Positions 37,923 to 42,573 of a stretch of DNA of 42,573 nt are shown one piece after another; within the stretch, counting starts at the first letter, position 1; every line of letters begins with the position of its first letter. The DNA is from a bacterium (GTDB lineage: Bacteria > Bacteroidota > Bacteroidia > Sphingobacteriales > Sphingobacteriaceae), in NCBI GenBank assembly GCA_046305595.1, contig JBKCCA010000461.1, positions 1 through 42,573 on the forward strand, given 5' to 3'. Made by a program: the position numbers and the translations under genes. The notes beneath the pieces were generated by a model that saw only the letters and a list, made by a program, of their open reading frames with translations, had not been told where the DNA came from and did no database searches.

Positions 37923-39353
37923 CTATTCAATCTGGCTTATTTTTATAGTGTTTGTACGGCCACTTCTTCCGATAGGCGTGCTAGCAGTATTGATTACTAC
38001 GTCACCCTTCTTCACAAGCTTGTGATGCTTGAGCATTCCGTTAACATCCTTCATCGTTTGATCAGTACTTTCAAATTTATCATAATAAAATCCGCGTACC
38101 CCCCATACCAAACTAAGCAAGCATAAAAGAGATTTATTAGATGTAAATATGAAAGTAATGGCTTCTGGTCTATGACTCGAAATTCTGAATGCTGTATAAC
38201 CAGAGTGTGTCATCGATACTATACCTAATGCTGAGTTGTGTTCTGCTAAAATACAAGCAGTATAACAAATACTATCTGATTTGTAAGTTGATGATTTTTT
38301 ATTAGGCACATGCATTTGCATATAAGGGTATGCTGTGTTTTCAATCTTGCGAATAATTTGTTGCATTGATTGAATAACTTCTACTGGGTATTGTCCTACG
38401 GATGTCTCTCCGCTCAACATCACAGCATCTGCACCATCTAAAACAGAATTCGCAACATCGTTTACTTCTGCTCTAGTAGGTCTCGGATTAGTGATCATGC
38501 TTTCCATCATCTGTGTTGCAATGATTACTGGTTTAGCATGCTCCATACATTTTTTAACAATCTGTTTTTGTATGATTGGTAAATCTTCCATAGGGCATTC
38601 AACACCTAAGTCACCACGTGCAACCATTACAGCATCAGTAACTGCAATAATTTCATCTAAGTTTTTTAATGCTTCTGGTTTTTCAATTTTTGCAATTACA
38701 CGAGTCTTAGAATTTTTCTTTTTAATAATTTCTTTCAACTCAAAAATATCTTTCGCCTCACGCACAAATGAAAGTCCGACCCACTCTACCTCTTGCTTCA
38801 AAATAAAATCTAAATCTTTTAAATCTTTAGGAGTTAAACTTGGTATAGAAACTTTGGTATCAGGCAAGTTCACACCTTTGTTTGAAGATAAAACACCCCC
38901 GTAAATTACTTTAACTTTTACGCTATCTTTTTTATTAGTGCTTATTACTTTGAATTGTAATTTACCATCATCTAGCAAAATTATTTCTCCAACTTTGACA
39001 TCCTTCGGAAAAGCTTGATAAGAAATATATAAACGTTCATGGGTACCAACACAAGGTTTGGTAGTCATTACTAACTCTTGGTTTTTCTTTAAGAAAACAC
39101 CATTATCTGTCATCTCACCAACTCTAATTTTTGGTCCCTGTAAATCGGCCAAAATACCTACGTGTGTGTTATGTTTTTTATTTATCTCGCGGATGGTAGC
39201 GATGATTTTAGCTAAGTCTTCGTGTTTGCCGTGTGAGAAATTAATTCTGCAGATATCCATACCTGCTTTAATCATTTTCAATAAAACTTCTTTAGATGCA
39301 GAAGCTGGACCTAATGTTGCTACAATTTTTGTTCTGTTGTGGTATACTTTCAT
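37923..39353 (-). CDS. pyk: Pyruvate kinase
   Basis: 476 aa. KIVATLGPA, NFSHG, VARGDLGVE and MLSGETS motifs. Confidence 0.95.
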   Translation of the reverse strand: MKVYHNRTKIVATLGPASASKEVLLKMIKAGMDICRINFSHGKHEDLAKIIATIREINKKHNTHVGILADLQGPKIRVGEMTDNGVFLKKNQELVMTTKPCVGTHERLYISYQAFPKDVKVGEIILLDDGKLQFKVISTNKKDSVKVKVIYGGVLSSNKGVNLPDTKVSIPSLTPKDLKDLDFILKQEVEWVGLSFVREAKDIFELKEIIKKKNSKTRVIAKIEKPEALKNLDEIIAVTDAVMVARGDLGVECPMEDLPIIQKQIVKKCMEHAKPVIIATQMMESMITNPRPTRAEVNDVANSVLDGADAVMLSGETSVGQYPVEVIQSMQQIIRKIENTAYPYMQMHVPNKKSSTYKSDSICYTACILAEHNSALGIVSMTHSGYTAFRISSHRPEAITFIFTSNKSLLCLLSLVWGVRGFYYDKFESTDQTMKDVNGMLKHHKLVKKGDVVINTASTPIGRSGRTNTIKISQIE

Positions 39354-39443
39354 AAAGTATTTTTTGTTTTATATTTCAAACCTAATCAATTTTTTTGACA
39401 AAGTGTACTAATTACACTAATTAACTTTTAACTCGGGATCAAA

Positions 39444-39478
39444 GTGTTTAGTCGTAAGTCGTAAGTCTTATGTAGGGG
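39444..39478. repeat. Heptad tract forming the left inverted repeat of the four-helix-bundle cassette
   Basis: GTGTTTA GTCGTAA GTCGTAA GTCTTAT GTAGGGG. Positions 39448..39473 match the reverse complement of 39908..39933 at 23 of 26 positions. Confidence 0.8.
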
Positions 39479-39576
39479 GTTAAGTTAACTATATAAAGTT
39501 TTATTCATTAAATTAATTATTAGTTTATTATTTAATATGGATTATATATAATCTATCATACTTAGGCATAATACTA

Positions 39577-39871
39577 ATGATTCAATTAATAAATTTATGT
39601 ACGAACAATTACAAAACATTAAAAGTTTGGCAATTATCACGTGAATTAACGAAAGATGTCTATGTGATCACAAAGAAATTTCCATCAGATGAGAAATGGA
39701 GTTTAATTAATCAACTTAGAAGGTGTAGTGTATCTGTGCTTTCAAACATTGCAGATTATAATCTCAAAGGACTTGGGTTATGTAGATGATCAAGCTGAAA
39801 AAGAGATTTTAGATAAGATTAGAGGAATACAGAATATGTTACATGGGTTAATTAAAAGTCTTGATTCTTAG
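39577..39871 (+). pseudogene. Four-helix-bundle protein (23S rRNA-intervening-sequence-type) with internal deletion and frameshift
   Basis: The N-terminal part, LKVWQLSRELTKDVYVITKKFPSDEKWSLINQLRRCSVSVLSNIA, fits the family pattern. The reading frame then breaks near 39755..39770. The family C-terminus KDLGYVDDQAEKEILDKIRGIQNMLHGLIKSLDS* continues in the +1 frame to the stop at 39869..39871. Roughly 35-40 central codons are missing. Confidence 0.7.
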
Positions 39872-39933
39872 GTCTTAGGTCGTAAGTCATATGTCGTAGG
39901 TCTTATGACATATGACTTAAGACATACGACTAA
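39871..39933. repeat. Heptad tract forming the right inverted repeat of the cassette, with a local hairpin
   Basis: Nine heptads in register: GGTCTTA GGTCGTA AGTCATA TGTCGTA GGTCTTA TGACATA TGACTTA AGACATA CGACTAA. Local hairpin AAGTCATATGTC (39884..39895) / GACATATGACTT (39907..39918). Confidence 0.8.
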
Positions 39934-40349
39934 AAAAACAACAAATTCTCCTTACTCTTAAACGAATTAGGGTCAAGCAAGAAAGCAGCTTGAATAACTT
40001 CAATTTTATTAAGTCCGCTTAAAATCGCTTTTTCTTCTTCAACATTTAAGGCTTCGGTACTAACGATAAAAAAGTCAGATTCTTTACTTTCAGGTATAAT
40101 ATATTCAGAACCGCTTTTATTGCTCAATAAATAAAGGTCTGTTTCTAGGTTTTCGATGCTGTATTTAAAGCATGAATGGTAGGATTCATTACCAAATTCG
40201 CTGTAAATAGTCAAGTCAATATCTCTTTGAAAACGTAGAGGGAGGTGTTTATTTATATACCAACAGAGTCGATAATCGCGAACAGAGGAAGAGATACCTA
40301 TCAGGGTAAAATCGAAATCATACTCAACTCTTAGAATTTTCTTGCTCAA
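39930..40349 (-). CDS. IPExxxVDY family protein (Bacteroidota-specific, function unknown)
   Basis: 139 aa. Contains IPESKESDF, matching the IPExxxVDY signature position. Divergent from acpP, as is commonly annotated in Bacteroidota. Confidence 0.6.
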   Translation of the reverse strand: MSKKILRVEYDFDFTLIGISSSVRDYRLCWYINKHLPLRFQRDIDLTIYSEFGNESYHSCFKYSIENLETDLYLLSNKSGSEYIIPESKESDFFIVSTEALNVEEEKAILSGLNKIEVIQAAFLLDPNSFKSKENLLFF

Positions 40350-40511
40350 TTGCTTAAAATTTATTTGTCAAAATTAATAAAAAAGCCTACTATTGGATAA
40401 GAAATATGCATTTGAGGGTGTAAAAAAACCAAGTAGAAATAAAATTTTGATTATTTGTTATAATATCATTTTCTTTGCACAGAATTTATTAAAAACCTAA
40501 ATTTTAAAATT

Positions 40512-40748
40512 ATGTCAGATATTGCATCAAGAGTAAAAGCAATCATTGTAGAAAAGTTGGGTGTTGACGAAAGTGAAGTTACACCAGAGGCAAGCTTTAC
40601 CAACGACTTAGGTGCTGATTCACTGGATACAGTTGAATTAATCATGGAATTTGAAAAAGAATTTAACATCGCTATTCCTGATGAGCAAGCAGAAACTATT
40701 GGAACTGTAGGGCAAGCGATTTCTTACTTAGAAAAGAACGTTAAGTAA
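40512..40748 (+). CDS. acpP: Acyl carrier protein
   Basis: 78 aa. Phosphopantetheine attachment motif [16 protein letters not shown]. Confidence 0.97.
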   Translation: MSDIASRVKAIIVEKLGVDESEVTPEASFTNDLGADSLDTVELIMEFEKEFNIAIPDEQAETIGTVGQAISYLEKNVK

Positions 40749-40770
40749 TCAATTCTCTCTTAGACCAAAT

Positions 40771-42018
40771 ATGGAATTAAAAAGAGTAGTAGTTACAGGT
40801 ATTGGAGCATTGACTCCCATAGGCAATTCTGTGCCAGAATTCTGGAAGAATTTAGTTGAAGGGGTCAGTGGCTCTGATTACATTACTCGTTTTGATGCCT
40901 CAAAGTTCAAAACGCAATTCGCTTGTGAAGTAAAGAACTTCAACATTGAGGATTATTTGGACAAGAAAGAAGCTAGAAAGCTCGATCCATTCGTACACTA
41001 TGCATTAGCATCTACAGATGAAGCTGTGAAAGATTCACAGATAGACTTCAGCCAAATAGATCCTGATCGTGCGGGTGTTATTTGGGGTTCTGGTATTGGG
41101 GGTTTAAGAACCTTCATTGATGAAGTCACCAATTTCAACTCTGGTGATGGTACTCCTCGTTTTAATCCTTTCTTCATTCCGAAGATGATTATTGATATTG
41201 CCCCAGGGCATATATCTATTAAATACGGACTTAGAGGTCCGAATTTCGCAACTGTTTCAGCATGTGCTTCATCAACCAATGCAATAATTGATGCTTTCAA
41301 TTATATTCGTTTAGGAATGGCTGATCTTATGATCACAGGCGGTTCTGAAGCGAGTGTTAACGAAGCAGCATTGGGTGGTTTTAATGCTATGCACGCATTG
41401 TCAACTCGTAATGACTCTCCTCAAACAGCATCAAGACCATTTGATTTAGATAGAGAAGGTTTTGTGTTAGGTGAGGGATCAGGTACTTTAATACTAGAAG
41501 AATATGAGCATGCAAAGAAAAGAGGTGCAAAAATTTATGCTGAAATTGCAGGAGGTGGTTTATCTGCCGATGCAAATCACATTACAGCACCACATCCACA
41601 AGGTTTAGGTGCATTGAACGTAATGAAAAATGCAATGAGAGATGCAGGTATGAAGCCTGAAGATCTTGATTACATTAACGTTCACGGTACATCAACTCCA
41701 TTAGGTGATGTTTCTGAAACAACAGCTATTGTGAACCTATTTGGTGAACATGCATACAATTTGAACATAAGCTCTACAAAATCAATGACTGGTCACTTAT
41801 TAGGGGCTACTGGTGCTGTAGAAGCAATTGCTGCAATATTGGCTGTACAGAATGATCTCATTCCACCGACAATCAATCACTTTACAGACGATCCGCAGTT
41901 CGATCCTCGTTTGAATTTAACATTCAATAAAGCACAGAAAAGAGTAGTACGTGCAGCATTGAGTAATACTTTCGGCTTTGGCGGACATAATGCATCAGTG
42001 ATTGTTAAAAAAGCTTAA
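40771..42018 (+). CDS. fabF: 3-oxoacyl-ACP synthase II
   Basis: 415 aa. Active-site Cys in ATVSACASS, catalytic His motifs HITAPHP and NVHGTSTP, C-terminal NTFGFGGHN. Confidence 0.95.
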   Translation: MELKRVVVTGIGALTPIGNSVPEFWKNLVEGVSGSDYITRFDASKFKTQFACEVKNFNIEDYLDKKEARKLDPFVHYALASTDEAVKDSQIDFSQIDPDRAGVIWGSGIGGLRTFIDEVTNFNSGDGTPRFNPFFIPKMIIDIAPGHISIKYGLRGPNFATVSACASSTNAIIDAFNYIRLGMADLMITGGSEASVNEAALGGFNAMHALSTRNDSPQTASRPFDLDREGFVLGEGSGTLILEEYEHAKKRGAKIYAEIAGGGLSADANHITAPHPQGLGALNVMKNAMRDAGMKPEDLDYINVHGTSTPLGDVSETTAIVNLFGEHAYNLNISSTKSMTGHLLGATGAVEAIAAILAVQNDLIPPTINHFTDDPQFDPRLNLTFNKAQKRVVRAALSNTFGFGGHNASVIVKKA

Positions 42019-42075
42019 TAATCAATTTAATTTACCTACGAAATTATTATTTTAGATGGCTATCAATAAATCAAT

Positions 42076-42573
42076 ATGCCCATAGGTATTCTTAAATTAT
42101 ACACTTCGAAATATAAAGCAGAGTTAAGGGCTTTAAGAAATATATTGGGATTTGTACCTGGTAATTTTCGTTTATATCGTTTGGCATTACGTCATAAATC
42201 AGTAGCTAGTGATATTCATAAAAAAGGCGTAAAAAATAGCAACGAAAGATTAGAGTTTTTAGGTGATGCGATACTTGGCTCGGTTGTAGCTGAAGTATTA
42301 TTCAAAAAGTTTCCATACAAAGATGAAGGTTTCTTGACAGAGATGCGTTCAAAAATGGTAAATCGTTCACATCTAAATCAGTTATCTAAGAAGATGGGCA
42401 TATCTGATCTGATTGATTATGATACAAAACTTAATAATATGGGGAATAAAAACTCATCATTATTTGGTGATGCATTTGAAGCAATGGTTGGAGCTATTTA
42501 CCTAGATAAAGGTTACGAATTTACACGCAAATTTATTATCAATAGAATCATCATACCTCACGTTGATATAGAT
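42076..42573 (+). CDS. rnc: Ribonuclease III, 3'-truncated by the window edge
   Basis: ATG 42076; open to the end of the window (166 codons), so it is absent from the ORF track. RNase III signature NERLEFLGDAILG and later GDAFEAMVGAIYLD. Confidence 0.9.
   Translation, partial: MPIGILKLYTSKYKAELRALRNILGFVPGNFRLYRLALRHKSVASDIHKKGVKNSNERLEFLGDAILGSVVAEVLFKKFPYKDEGFLTEMRSKMVNRSHLNQLSKKMGISDLIDYDTKLNNMGNKNSSLFGDAFEAMVGAIYLDKGYEFTRKFIINRIIIPHVDID

Overview
AT-rich chromosomal window that reads as core genome of a Bacteroidota bacterium (Flavobacteriia/Cytophagia-like). Support for that placement: an IPExxxVDY-family gene next to acpP-fabF-rnc, futalosine-pathway mqnB, TAnnTTTG-type -7 boxes and A/T-rich leaders without obvious Shine-Dalgarno sites. 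Species cannot be determined from the sequence alone. About 36 intact CDS are mostly housekeeping: pdhB (partial), tex, secA, purD, ridA, queD-folE, rbfA, hflX, class II RNR nrdJ, pyk, acpP-fabF-rnc (partial), an MsbA-like ABC exporter, a LolE/FtsX-like permease, two adjacent amidohydrolases, a 1135-aa PD40 + Omp85-barrel outer-membrane protein and a UvrD-type helicase fused to an Fe-S PD-(D/E)XK nuclease. There are two pseudogenes. One is a 7TMR-DISM sensor histidine kinase broken by one nonsense codon and three frameshifts, next to an intact NarL-type response regulator. The other is an internally deleted four-helix-bundle (23S-IVS-type) gene. I found no rRNA, tRNA, CRISPR, transposase, integrase, phage or recognisable defence genes, so no novel protein-coding system is claimed. 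The unexplained signal is non-coding. (1) A family of ~125-nt long-stem elements occurs in three copies (16136..16260, 28005..28132 and, inverted, 28190..28314). Their arms covary while two loop motifs (AGTWATTAGC, TATCACACC) stay fixed. (2) Simple-sequence tracts with strict 7-nt periodicity occur in at least seven intergenic positions. One inverted pair of them brackets the decayed four-helix-bundle gene. (3) Two intrinsic-terminator-like hairpins have no upstream gene to terminate. All coordinates were derived by hand from the printed sequence. Homology calls rest on recognised motifs, not on searches.
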